Source: Squalus acanthias
Lineage: Eukaryota
NCBI GenBank assembly: GCA_030390025.1
Contig: CM059433.1
Coordinates: 18,354,001 to 18,418,000 of the forward strand
Direction of reading: 5' to 3'
DNA: 64,000 nt
The notes under the pieces were generated by a model. That model saw only the letters and a list, made by a program, of their open reading frames with translations. It did not search any database and was not told the DNA's origin. The position numbers and the translations under genes were made by a program. Shown here piece by piece: positions 39,995 through 52,751 of the stretch. Each line of letters starts with the position of its first letter. The first letter of the stretch is position 1.

Positions 39995-40977
39995 AACGTA
40001 CAATGTAACGTACAATGTGTTATCGGCGCCACTGATTTAGGGTGATTTGAATTTATGAATATGACTTTACAACCAGTCAGAAAGTTGCTCAGTGATGACA
40101 GACAGAGAGGAAATCTGTACTATTGTCATGATTTCATTATCTCACAGATAAATGTATAGATGGATGTCTATGTATTTTTGGGGGAGTGAGAAAGTTATTA
40201 AAATAAGCTTTGAAATTTATAAACAAATGAAAATTTAGGCCTGGTTTATACATTGTTCTTGTTGCAGCTTGTTTGCTGGTAACACTTCTTCTGACTGATG
40301 TAACATTGGCTTTGCTGGATGCATTAGGTACAGGAAAAAAAGTATTTTGCATCAAAGGCCGCCCCCTTGATTTTTGCATTCTTTTAACAATGTTTGTTTG
40401 CACTGGTAGTCATGGTTTCACAGAGCTTTGGATTTCAAAATCAGCTTGCTAGTTGGTTGACTGATGGGCATGATTAAAGACCACTAGCCAGAATCTGTGG
40501 AAATTATTATTCCCTGAACTGAAGGTGATTCAGAAATGGTTTCTAACAGCGTAGCCTTTCAAAGTAATGAAGCTTTCTTTTTTAATAGTTCATTGAAAAT
40601 TGATGATGATGTAAGCCTGCTGTTCCTCTCTGGCATACCACAGATTTGCACAAGCACGGTATTTTATTCTGATGATTGTCATGAATAGACTTTTGTACAT
40701 TTTGAATGTTTTTTTCCATGCAAAACTTTGACATGTAACTTTAGATTGAGTAGAAATGGCATCACTGAGTTAATACCAGCCTGTCATTTTTCACTGATAT
40801 TTTTGTATCTTGACATGAAAACTGTGGACACATCATTCATTTGAAAAATGCTTGAGTTAGTACAAACAGGTTGTAAATGTCATTGCGCACCTAAAGCTCA
40901 AAGTCTTTATTTTAGCATTTTTAATATTGGCTGCATTATTTATCTCCTAGTTTGAGGATGTTTTTTTAATGTTGTAG

Positions 40978-41118
40978 GTTCTTTGCAAACCTGCCAATAT
41001 TATCCATATATTTTCAAAGGTAAGACAGTCTTGCACCAGAACAGAACAACAGTATCATACAGTATGAGTGCTTACAAGGGACATATGAGCTGCAGAAATA
41101 TTTCTTGGGATGAACATG
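40978..41118 (+). CDS. Candidate alternative ARHGEF10 exon (42 nt to the donor after 41019, or 141 nt to the donor after 41118)
   Basis: tttttttaatgttgtag acceptor; two donors, AAG|gtaaga and ATG|gtaaga; both lengths are multiples of 3 and stop-free in the phase-1 frame of the host intron; no homology support recalled. Confidence 0.35.
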
Positions 41119-41917
41119 GTAAGAGTAACTTAAGGCTATTCTTTGTTATGCTCTACATATCTTGTGCTCGCCCAGGTCCTCAGTGCACTGGTGGTGAGAG
41201 AGGGAGAAGTGGTTACTTTTGCTACTATTTAACCACAAAAATATCAGAAGGGTCACAGACTGATTCTAAACTTAGGATGAATGAAAAATGTTAACGAAAT
41301 CTTACATTATGCAGGTAGTATATGCTAGGAATGGCATCTACAGATGTCTGATGCACATTTCCACGCTGCTAATAAGACAACGGATGTATAAATATTTGAG
41401 GAAAGAATTCCCAACATAAGATGCAGGGTCAAGTGAGTGGGGAATGGGGGGGGTGGGGGGGTTCCCAAATATTTGTTTCATGGTTACCCCTTTTATGTAA
41501 GGTATTTGCAAGCTTATTTCAATGATGGCAGTAATTCCACAGTTGCAGCGTATTCGTGGCTGTCCTTAACTGGGTGATTTCCATCTAACAGCTGGCTTGG
41601 GAAACTGACAGCTGACTTGCCCAGTGGGTGAACACACGGATTCTAGCAACTGTTGCACTGCACGATAAATTTTGATACAACAAAGACCAAAAACAAGAAG
41701 AATGATGTGTAAGATTTTGGAGGGGCAAACTTGAAAATGTTTTCTATGGAAAACCAAATTCGATAGATTAATAGATAAATGGAATTTTCAGCGACACTCA
41801 AAGGTTATGGGAATAAAATATATTCCTTTTGAGAAGATGGGAAAATCAATAAGACCTTGGCTCACAGTGACCGAATAAAAGGGTCAAAATAACCTGGCGA
41901 CCAAACAAATATTTAAT

Positions 41918-42653
41918 GGCCCAAAAATTCGTGAGGAAGCCTTCGTGCGAGGGTAAGGCTTCCCCGCGATCTCTCACTGCGCGTTGGCTTTTTCAGTTCC
42001 AGCTCGCACGAACTTGATGTTCTGGACAGCAGCTGTGCTGGGCTTGCGTATCCCACAGGCGTAGTTAATTCGTGCGAGCTGTGGGATCACGTGACTCAGT
42101 TAGAGCCAATGGCAGCACACCATCGTCCATTCATAACTTTCACATAAGTGCTGTGAAAGCTATGAATACTATAGCCCCCCCCAAAAGACCAGCTAAACCT
42201 CAATTAAATTTTTTTTAAAACCATCACATTAATAAAATAAGTATAGTTAAATAAATTAACCATTTTAAATAAAAAATTAAATTTTTGAAAAAATTTAAAA
42301 TCTTTTAAAAAGTTATAAAAATAAACTTACCTGTCTTTAAAGTCTCTTAAAAAAAAAGATATACCTGTTAAAAAAAAATTCAAAATAATACTTAATTCAC
42401 TACTTACCTTGTTAAAAGTGGGTCTTACTCCTTTTTTTATGTGTAAAATCTTCCATACTTACCTGCGCGTTGAAACCACTAAGTGCACTGCATGCGCGCA
42501 GCCTGTAGCGCCCACGCGGTTCACCTAGGAACCGCCCCCTTTTCCATTCACCAAGTGCCGGTTTTCAGTGCATGCAGAAAACCGGCAATTGGAGACAGAA
42601 TACGCGAGAGTACACAGTGCGTACTCTCGCGTATCAACACAAATTTTTGGGCC
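41918..42653. mobile_element. Harbinger-type MITE
   Basis: TIR ggcccaaaaatt(c/t)gtg and perfect TSD AAT. Confidence 0.88.
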
Positions 42654-43829
42654 AATATTTAGCGGGAAAACTGCTTGAAAGTGCTGACAATTGGATTCAT
42701 ATAGAAGTCAGTTGGGGAGAACTAAAATAAGCATTTGATGAGATGGGGGGTGTAGAAAATGTGGCTCGACAGATCTATTATTGCTTAGGAAAAAAAATTG
42801 CTTCTAATCGCAAAACTTAATTGTTAATTTTATACTCATGTTCCCTAGCTCTCTGCTTACATTTGAAGTACAGTACTTGGCAGATCTACTTTACCTGTAT
42901 CAGTGAAAAATTTTGAGACCCAAATCATGTTTCTTCCAACTTTACTTTAATGAAAACCCGTTCGCTCAGCTCTGAGTCTTTCTTCACGAATTGGAGCCCT
43001 ACGTCTTACTGATTCATGATGCAAAATCTTTCCTTTGGCGATTAAATGGGTTGGGTAAGGTGGATTACCATTGGTTTATGAAAGCAGTAGGTTTGGTTGG
43101 CCAAATGGTCGTCTTTAGTTTTATGGCGCCTTTAAACCACTTTTTAAGATTTTGAGCAGTACACATTAAATGAAGGCAAAGGGGTAGAACAAGTCAGAAC
43201 AGCGGTTATTTCTAATCTAACACAACGATCAGTCAACGCAAGCATCATTCGACCAATGTTGTCAGACTAGCAATGCAACCTTGAGAAATCCCACAGTTAC
43301 TCAGTCAAATCTATTGCGCACAGTTTTCCGATCCAGGCTGCTTGGTGCTCCATGCTTTGGTTCTCTTTTAAATGCTGAGCATGTAACTGGATTTTTTGTT
43401 GTTGAAGTATGTGCTTGACTGTTGGTCAGAAAGCAGAACTATGGGGGCGATTTTTTTAACTGGGCACGAAGTGGGTGAACCGTATCAGCATCATTCGGAT
43501 GAGCTGCCATGTGCCCAATGAGCGCTAACGGGCAGCTCGCCCCTCCGGGGGCAGGAATTCTGCCGGCTGTATGAGTGAGTCGAACTGGAAGGCAGCAAAA
43601 GGGGGCAGGGGAAGTCCACTGGGGGAGGGAGCCCACCCACCCGGTGGCTGGCAGTCGGCCGCAGTATTTTTGAGAGGCCAGGAGGAGCATTCCTGCTGGA
43701 ACCACAACATTATTTCCCCCCCCCCACCAAAAAAAGTTCCAGGCCTTTTTTTGTGGTCCATGAATATGTCTGGCCATACTTGGTAGTATGTGTCTACTGG
43801 GCTGCCTATTTTGTGTGTGCGTTTAGAGT

Positions 43830-44280
43830 CAGAGTCATAACAGCACAGAAGGAGGCCATTCGGCCCATCGAGTCCGTGCCGGCTCTCTGTAGAGCAATCC
43901 AGTCAGTCCCATTCCCCCACTCTATCCCCGTAGCCCTGCAAGTTTATTTCCCTCAAGTGCCTATCCAGTCTCCCCTTGAAAACATTGAGTGTCTCCGCTT
44001 CCACCACTTCCGTCGGCAGTGAATTCCAGGTCCTCATCACTCGCTGCGTAAAAAAGTTTTTCCTCACATCCTCCCTGTATCTCTTGCCCAAAACCTTAAA
44101 TCTGTGTCCCCGAGTCCTTGTACCATCAACTAGTGGGAACGGCCTTTCCCCGTCTAGCCTATCCAAACCCGTCATAATCTTGTACACCTCTATCAAATCA
44201 CCCCTCAAACTCCTTTGCTCTAATGAAAACAAATCCAGCTTCTCCAACCTGTCCTTGTAGCTAAGATTCCCCATCCCCAT
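43830..44280 (-). mobile_element. CR1 LINE 3' end
   Basis: LSYKDRLEKLDLFSLEQRSLRGDLIEVYKIM...FFTQRVMRTWNSLP. Confidence 0.88.
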
Positions 44281-44879
44281 TTTGCAAACAATTAACTTTA
44301 TAATACAAAGATTTTTGGACTCTTGGAAACAGTGATTTAGATTCAAAAGTGGATGATCAGGAAATTGCTTTTGTATTGATCCATATATTCCATCAAGCCT
44401 AATTTAGCCCAACTCCCACCAAACAGTAATAGTGAATCTTGCGTAAATGGTCACTCGCAAAAATCAGACACCCTGCAAAAAACACTGAGAGACCCAAATA
44501 ACTTGCATGGTAAAATATACAAGAGGCCCTTTGAAACCATGGACACTCGCAAATTAGGAACTACAGGCAGCCATCAATGCACCAAGCTCTTTTACAACTT
44601 AATACACAGGACACAGCCTATTTCAAAGCTGCTGTATCTGGAACTTTCACCGAGTCGGGATCACTGGCGCTTCCCCCTGCAGCTTGATTCCTTTCTGCCC
44701 CCAAATTCTCTGGCAATTGTGGAGAAAGGTTTGTTGTGTCGCCAGTTCTCGTATGCATGTCGGCACGGCAGTCTGTCCCTGTGCAGGGAGAATAAACTCT
44801 GGGGCACCGCTGTACGTCCTCTTCAGTTTTCATTCAGGTGCCGATTGCACTGGACTCCACTGTGTGGTGTGATAGCTGG

Positions 44880-45320
44880 CCTCCGGCCCGGTGACGTCGC
44901 CCCCAGCGCCGCAGAGAGCCGGGACCAGCTGGTGCTCGAGGGTCGGCAATCGGGGAGAAGCTCGGGAGTCGGCAATCGGGGAGAAGCAATCTGGGCGTAG
45001 ATGAAGACTTCGGAATGGTGACGTGGGAAAGAGAGATGGGGAATGGGGACATGGGGGAGGGGAGGGAGAGATGGGGGTGGGGAGGGATTGGTAAGAGTTG
45101 GGGAATGGGGGTGCCCGGGGAGGGAAGAAATGGGGAATGGGGCACCCGGTGGGGGGGGAAGAAATGGGGTATAGGGGTTTGGGGAGAGGGGGAGACTGGA
45201 GAATAGGGGCGTGGCACGGGGGCAGAGATGGGGAATGGGGGCTCGTGATCAGGCATCACGGGATCAGACGTCATTTGGTCAAACCTCCAGAATTGCCTCC
45301 AACCAGAGTTGGCAACCCTA
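44880..45320. mobile_element. hAT-like element fragment with a G-rich low-complexity core
   Basis: Right end agagttggcaacccta (reverse complement tagggttgccaac, a hAT-type terminus); left TIR not found; G-run tract ~45020-45245. Confidence 0.45.
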
Positions 45321-46940
45321 CTCGCCAGCCTCCCGAATCGAGGAAAGCACACGCGAACAGCAAGAGTGGCCATCCTATCCTGCCCCAGCACAGCGTCCAT
45401 ACACTCCTTCAGCTGCTGCTCTCCCCCTGACCCTGCCATCGTCCTCTTTCCCTCGACTTATGAAGGTGAATCCACTTCTTTGAGGAGCTTTGGCTATGGG
45501 GAGTGAAGGTGGATGACTGTCCCGGGTCTCTCTGTCACTGTATAGCATGAGGGACAGGCCTGTGAGTCCCAGCTGTCAGTCAGTCTTCCTGCACACTCGC
45601 TGCTCAACCGGAAAACTGCAGTTTCACTCCTACACAAAATGTGACCTTGTGTTTTCCTTCCCAAATGTTCTCAATCTGTTCCAAGACTTGCCTTTGGAAG
45701 CGTCAGTATAGCGTCAAAACCTGTCCTGTGACTGCCCTAATGCTGCTAAGTAGAACTGAGAAACGCAGTTCATTACAGAAGTTACACTCTGCTCCAAGTG
45801 TGGCTTGCCATGAAACAAGAATTTAGTCTGCAGAACTGTTAAGTGAACAGAGCTGAACGCTTGGGAGGGGGATTCTTAGCATTGTTGCAGCTGATTAGGT
45901 GCTGATCATAATCTCAGCTGGTTCTTCGAGATTGTTGGAAACAGTTTTACAGTACATTTAATGACCATTTTGAAAATAAGGGCACCTGCAAAAATAGGAC
46001 AGCTGCTGCCAGTCCCTAAGGTGTCTGTAATTTACAAGTTTCACCGGATATGATTTTCTTACCTTGAATCCTGACTGTAATGAGTATGCTGAGAATGTGT
46101 ATGTCAATTCACACGTAATATTTGTGGACAGAGTTTTTTTTTAAAACCACGGGGATCATGAACTAAGAGACCATTGTTCTGCCTTTCATTTGGAGACAAT
46201 TGCATCATTTATGATTGGTTTACTTGTTTGCATTTCCGAAGCGCTCATAGGTGATTTAGCTGATGTTTGTTTTATTTGAAGGCAAATAAATTGACTTGGA
46301 CAGACACTGATTTGCCATTTCTTTCCTTTGTCATGAATTTATTGTCACTAATTCAAAGTGAATACATCCCAGCTAGTTCAAGTTCAGTGGGACCACTATG
46401 CCAAAGAATAACTTTTATTAGTGTTCAGGCTAAATAAAAGAAAGCAAAGCTTTCAATAGTTTGGAATGTGCTCATTAAACTTGTTTTATTAGCACTTCCA
46501 AGAAAGGTTTGTTGTTGAGTGTTTTTAATTTCTTGTATGTGCTGATGTCCTTGGATTTAGGAGCTGCTATTAGATTGTAGAAAGAATTTATATGGTGTTA
46601 TACACTCTAGCTGTAAGTTACTGTAATTTGTTTTTAAGATGTAATTTTGTAATTACGGGATAAATGCAAGTGCAAAATTACTGAGATATAATTTCAATCA
46701 AAAAATTCAAAGTGCGCTGAGGACTCTCAGGCTAAGATTTGTGTCTGCTGGACCTGATAACTCTGGGGGGAAATGTGCAGGACAATGTTTTACAGCATAA
46801 AGTATGCAAGAGAGGAAAGTGCAGAGATTACTGAGCATAGTCGAAGGTTGAGATGGAGCGGGAGTGGAAGCCACAGGTGTGAAAGGGATTGCCTGTCAGA
46901 CCATTTATTTTTAAATATTTGTTTTGGCTCTAAGTTTGTG

Positions 46941-47680
46941 GGGGGAAAAATTGGATTGGCTTGCACCTCTTGTTAGTGCCCCCGGGGGGCACCAATGGAG
47001 CACAAATCCCCTAGCGCCCGGGCACGGCGCCGCTAACGCCTCCCGCGAAATTCAGCGGAAGGTCAGCGACGACGGTAGCCGGTAGACCCCCGTAGCTATG
47101 CGCCGCCTGCGATGACGTCATCGCCGAGCGACGCGACCTTAGCGCCCCGCAGCAGAAATTTGGCTGTGCCCCACGAAGCTGCCGCAGGCGATGTCAGCGA
47201 CAGTCTCACGGGTCGCGAACTGGGCCGACCTCCGCTCGCGAGGTGGTAATTAAAGGGGAAGCCCGGCTGCACCCCGCACCGTCGCCATCTTGTTTCGGCT
47301 GACCTCCAGGTCGGCCCCTCGTGGCGGCCCTTGGCGTGGGCCATGGCCGCCGTCATTCAGCCTGGCACCACGCCACCCTGGTGGGCTAGTGGAGGCCGTC
47401 AAACGGCCTGTAGAGTGCGCAGCATCCCTCCCCTTGAAGGGGAGGGGTGATGAAACGCGTCAACGCTACGCAGAGCAGCCACGTCGTACTCCGGCGTTAC
47501 CGTGCTTTGCGCCACAAACACCGCCCCGTGAGGAAGTGGAGCGCCCGAGAGAGCGCGCCACATCCTTGCTGGGTTGGTAAGCCCAATTTAGCGGCCGGGG
47601 CGGTACTCCCGCGACAAGCGCTAAATGGCTGGCGCTAATTTGGTTACCGCCCCCAAATGGGATGTAACCGAATTTCTCCC
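46941..47680. mobile_element. Harbinger-type MITE (GC-rich subfamily)
   Basis: Termini gggggaaaaatt / aatttctccc, flanks gtg/gtg; homologous to 10182-10905. Confidence 0.7.
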
Positions 47681-50176
47681 GTGATGTTTATAGTAACAAA
47701 CAGTATTTGAATCACCTTTTAATAAAGACATTTGGACGTAACATTCTTTTTTACAAATATGGAGAACGCTTGCATTATTAAATCTTTACTCTTGGTTTTC
47801 TTTTATGGGACAAACGCCACTTCTTGAGATGGTATATTTAAACTATTTCTGAAGCCACCCAATTTATTTTAAAAGGAATTGTGCTTTTATTTAAAAAGGA
47901 ATTTAGGTCTAGTGGAAAGTGATTCAAATCTAAAATACTTATTTCTGGATATATAGCGTACATTTAGTTTTTTTCTTGTTCTTTGTTTTAGTAAAAGTTT
48001 GCAAGGGACACAGAAAAATTATTTTTGGGAGGGGCTATTGAATCTAAAAGGATTTCTCCCATTGGGCCTAGGAGCAGATCTACTGTGCTGTCATCAATGC
48101 CAGTTCGCAGATTCACTGTACGAGAAACCGTTTGCCTGAATTTGTCAGAGAATTGTTTGCTTGATGTTTTAATACACCAAATACCCTTCAGTACTCCACA
48201 GAGTGCATTTAAAAAAAAATTGTACCCAAAATAATGCACAAAACAACTGTTGGGACAAGTATTTACTTCCCTTTTAAATCTACGTTTTAATCTCTTAATT
48301 TAACTCTGTGTACTGATTTTCCCTGTTAATGTGCAATTTTTAAATTACTTCACCAGTTTAAAAAAAAATCTCAATTATAAATTGAGTATTAAAAGCTAGA
48401 ATTAATGAATTATTGGAGGTTGTAGGGCCTTTTTAAGTTTCTCCAAATAAAATCAAAGCATAACATAAAATAGTTTAGATTTACATATTATAATTAGTTT
48501 TTAGGTTGTATTTTTTAATTCAAAAAGCAACGCATGTTTTGAAGTATTTTAGACATGCCAGTTAAGATTATAATAATATCTTTGCTTGGTACAAAAAGTT
48601 CTCCTGGGCATTGAGGTTGGTGTTTGCTCTGTTGGAAATGGCCTGGCAAATACTTGAGACTACCCACAGCTTTTCACTGCTTCCACAACTGCTCAAAATC
48701 GATAAAAACACATTTTGTTTGCAGTCTGTTAAGGAAACCTTTGATCATGCTGCTTTTGGGGATTCTGATTTGACGATGTTTGCTTGCGTCATGCCTAATA
48801 AGTTGACTATCCCTTTATTACAGACAGGATTACAAGTATAACAACAGTTACTTTGTGCACACTTGCAATTACCATGCAAGGCACATAAAGTATATGGGTC
48901 GAGGCACTGAAAGTTTAGACTCTGCATAAAATAGTTGATGAGGTTAAAACTTAATTGTATAAATTAAAGGGACAGAACCATCGATCATCTTTATTGCAGT
49001 GATTAGATTAGAACATGTATTTCTGTTGTGGCATAACAAAGTCTTTGGTTACATGGCAGAACTGAGAGCTAAAGCAATTTGACTTCTGTTAAAGTCTTGT
49101 CAGATATTAAAGGTTTCTGCCACTTTCAGTCATACACAATTTTCTTCAAGTGGGCAAACTTTCATACAAAGGCTCACTAAATTCATTACTCTGTTGGATT
49201 CCTTTTGGTTTAAGTGCAACTTTGTCATTAAACTTTCTTTAAAGCCGGAGGATTTTTCAAGGCAGCAGTTTGACTGAATTGTACAATTATCCCATCATAT
49301 TAACATGAACTTTTACATTCTAATTCAAACATTGATCTCGTACTGGTGTAATAGCTGGATGAGAATGCATTCTGTGAAATTGCCAAGCAGTAACAGAAAT
49401 GTTAATCTTTGTGCAATTCAGTTGTGCATCACTGCTAAAACCACGCATTTTTTGACATTCAGATCGGAGTTTTGATTAATGTTTAAAGACTTCATTCTAC
49501 ATTGTGCAGGTTTCTCATTTTCTGACTCATTGCGACTTGCACAGTTTAAATGCTTGTAACAGATCATGCTTACGAGTATCACTGGAAACTTCCACCATGA
49601 TCATTGTTACGGCCATTTCTTTTAATATATGTATCAATAAACTGTTGAAGGAAAATCTAGCTGCCTTTAATGAAAAGAGTATGAAGAATGCCGCAGGGTG
49701 ATTTCATACCACCTCATGTACGCTGAATATAATGAAGAGACTATTGATCATGAGAGTTATCAGTTTCCTCAACATAAGCAGTTTTCATGTTATTGGAAAA
49801 GCAGTTCTGTATTTTGATGGCTATGCAGTTATTCAGCAAGAAGTAGAAGATAAAACACAATCTAAACAATTGCAGCTGGGGGATAAACAACTCCATGAGA
49901 TGAGAAGCGCCAAAAGCCCATAAATTCATTACAAGAGATATTGGTTTTGCTGATTAAGTCCTTGGAGCCCGAGATGCCTTCCAGTGAGCAAAGGTTGAAT
50001 CGACGAGATGAGGCTTGCAAGCTGTTCAAAAACACTTCCTTACACCCTTCCCATCCCAGTAAATAAGCCCAAATTACCAACAGGGAGGATTGTGGAATCC
50101 ATACCCATTTACAATGTTTGGAGTGTAACTGATGCCAGGCCAGTAGTCCCGGTGACTTTCCCCTCTCATGCTGTGT

Positions 50177-50710
50177 CTTCTCTTCTTAGGCAGTCCCTCG
50201 GAACCGAGGATGACTTGCTTCCACACTAAAAATGAGTTCTCAGGTGACTGATGAGTCCAATGCGGGACCTACAGTCTCTGTCACAGGTGGGGCAGACGGT
50301 GGTTGAAGGGGCGGGTGGGTGGGGTGCTTGGGTTGACGTGCGCTCCTTCCGCTGTTTGCGCTTGGCTTCCGCTTGCTCCCGGCAAAGAGACTCAAGGTGT
50401 TCGGCGTCTTCCCCGGATGCTTCTCCTCCACTTTGTGCAGTCTTGGGCCAGGGATTCCCAGGTGTCGGTGGGGATGTTGCACTTTTTCAAGGAGGCTTTG
50501 AGGGTGTCCTTGAAGCGTTTCCTCTGCCCACCTGGGGCTCTCTTGCCGTGTCGGAGCTCCGAGTAGAGCGCTTGTTTTGGGAGTCTCGTATCGGGCATGC
50601 GGACGATGTGGCCCGTCCATCGGAGCTGATTGAGCGTGGTCAAAGCTTCGATGCTGGGGATGTTGGCCTGAGCGAGAACACTGACGTTGGTGCGCCTATC
50701 CTGCAAGATC
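50177..50710 (-). mobile_element. RTE-clade LINE 3' fragment with 12-bp TSD
   Basis: Near-identical to the 3' part of the 19736 copy; TSD ctcatgctgtgt at 50165-50176 and 50711-50722. Confidence 0.9.
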
Positions 50711-50789
50711 CTCATGCTGTGTAAGAAGTCCCTCCTTCTCATGGTGGTTTTTTTTTTCCCTGTGTTGCCGATCCAGGATGTGCGTGCAC

Positions 50790-50976
50790 AGCTTCCTGCA
50801 CCGATGAATATATTTAAGGTGGAGATAGACAGATTTTTGAACAATAAGGGAGTGAAGGGTTATGGGGAGCAGGCAGGGAAATGGAGCTGAGCCCAAGATC
50901 AGATCAGCCATGATCTCATTAAATGGCGGAGCAGGCTCGAGGGGCCAAATCCTGCTCCTATTTCTTAAGTTCTTAT
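50790..50976 (+). mobile_element. CR1 LINE 3' tail fragment
   Basis: IFKVEIDRFLNNKGVKGYGE followed by the gatcagccatgatctc tail. Confidence 0.75.
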
Positions 50977-50991
50977 GAAAGGGAAGTCTTG

Positions 50992-51860
50992 GGCCGGGAA
51001 TTTCCTCCATGCTTCTCCCGCTCCACTACTGTAACTTTACTGGAAAACCCCGTTTACCCATGTAAAGAAACTCCATTTGGGAGCTCGGCTTCTGCCTGTT
51101 GCTGCTGCAAGGGTGTCGGTAGCTCGGACTGAAGAAGGTAGCTTTCTGAGGAACAAACTTCTGTATCTTTTCACCTTCAAATAAGCCTGGCACGGGAGAT
51201 TGGTTAAAAAATGAAAGTGCTGTGGCTGCTGGCTAAGAAGCAGGGATGGTGATCATGGTGACTAACCGGCTGTATGTTGATGGAGTAGAACCCCTTTCTG
51301 TTTGTGATGGGGCCATTGCATTGTGCCTCGGGGTCCAGATAGCCACAAGGATGCCATCAGTTTCCCGCTGTACTTTATGGAAAACCAGCAATCTAGAGAA
51401 ATTGGGCATCCCTGTTGTACCGCTATTGCTGGTCACCCGGAAAAGGAATGAAGATGTTAGCCCTGCTGAATAAAGCAGTAGTCGCATGTCTGCATCCGTG
51501 CACAGGATGTTAACTGATATGGTAATGTTCCCTGTGCTATCTTGGAAGGACTTGGAAGTGTAAAGATTGAATGCCATCGCCACCTTGGCAGCCATTGACA
51601 GTGCTGCCTCTATTTGCAAGATTGTCCATAATTCTTCTTGCAGCAGGTAGCATAGCTCTAGCTGCCTCCCTGCTAAGCCTGAGCCTCCAAAGACAATGCT
51701 CTTCAGTCATTATAAAGTACCTGTGCTTGGGCCTGTAGGCGTAATGGGTGATATAGCACTGGGTCCAAACAGTGCCCGTTTGCTGACATTTGCCCGCTCT
51801 GGCAACCCTTTCCTGATCCTGCTTGTCGTACTCTACCAAGTCAAATGATGGGCGAGCACT
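50992..51860 (-). mobile_element. Second, older Harbinger remnant
   Basis: TIR-like ggccgggaatttcc at 50992; - strand EEHCLWRLRLSREAA, KVAMAFNLYTSKSFQ and TERGSTPSTYS align with the 59-60 kb transposase. Confidence 0.7.
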
Positions 51861-52751
51861 GAAAGCAATCCCTATTATAATGAGCTTAATATCTGCACAA
51901 ACAGTGAAACTGTAGCAGCGCTGCCAATTTAGAAGCGCTGCAGCAATTTCCTGACGCGCATACAGCAGTTGGTAATGGGGTGAACTAATAGACTCCCAAC
52001 CTTGCTGGTCAGTAACGATGAACTGCCACTGGCATTCTGCTTTACTCCAATAGCAATTTTCATGCTGATGTTTTTTTACTTTTTAAAGGAATAGTTTTAT
52101 TGTGAGGACACAACGTTTCCTGATTTAGCCAGTGGGTTTCACCAACTTCAATAGCAATTTGCATCGCCTTCTATTATTGTGAGGCGTGACCGTATGCAGT
52201 GCCTTGCTAGTCATTCCTCCAGAAAAAGAACCCTCTGCTAAGGTAATAGGATGTCTGGAGTGACTGTGCCAGTCAAAACCCAGGTTCAGGAGACTCTGAA
52301 CACTTGTCTTGAGTCTGACTGTTGGTATTGACATTCAGGCATGTGAAGGATGGTGACCTGTAGTGAAATGAAAGGCAGGCAGCCAGAGAACTTAACCCTC
52401 TTTGCATTATTTTTGTTTGGCAAGGGTATTCAGGGTTACGGAACCAAGGCGGGTAGATGGAGTTAAGATACAGATCAGCCATGGTCTAATTGAATGGTGG
52501 AACAGGCTCGAGGGGCTGAATGGCCTACTCCTGTCTACTTGAGCAATTCAATATATATTCATATCAATAGGTGTCTATACGGCGACATTATTATTTTAGT
52601 CGTCTTTGCAAAAGGTAGACAAGTTCAAGATGTTCAATTATTCTGATTTAAAATGACACAAATCACCCACTTGTACCTTGCTACGTTTGCAGCAAAGTGT
52701 TACTTTGTTCTATTAATCTGCTACTCATGTATTTCAATTTCATTTTTCCAG

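Noticed and set aside
44834..45439. 201-aa Pro-rich ORF on the - strand
   Set aside because: It arises from low-complexity G/C runs in a transposon fragment and has no recognisable domain.
46941..47680. CpG island or internal promoter
   Set aside because: Bounded by TIR-like ends and homologous to 10182-10905, so a MITE explains the CpG richness.
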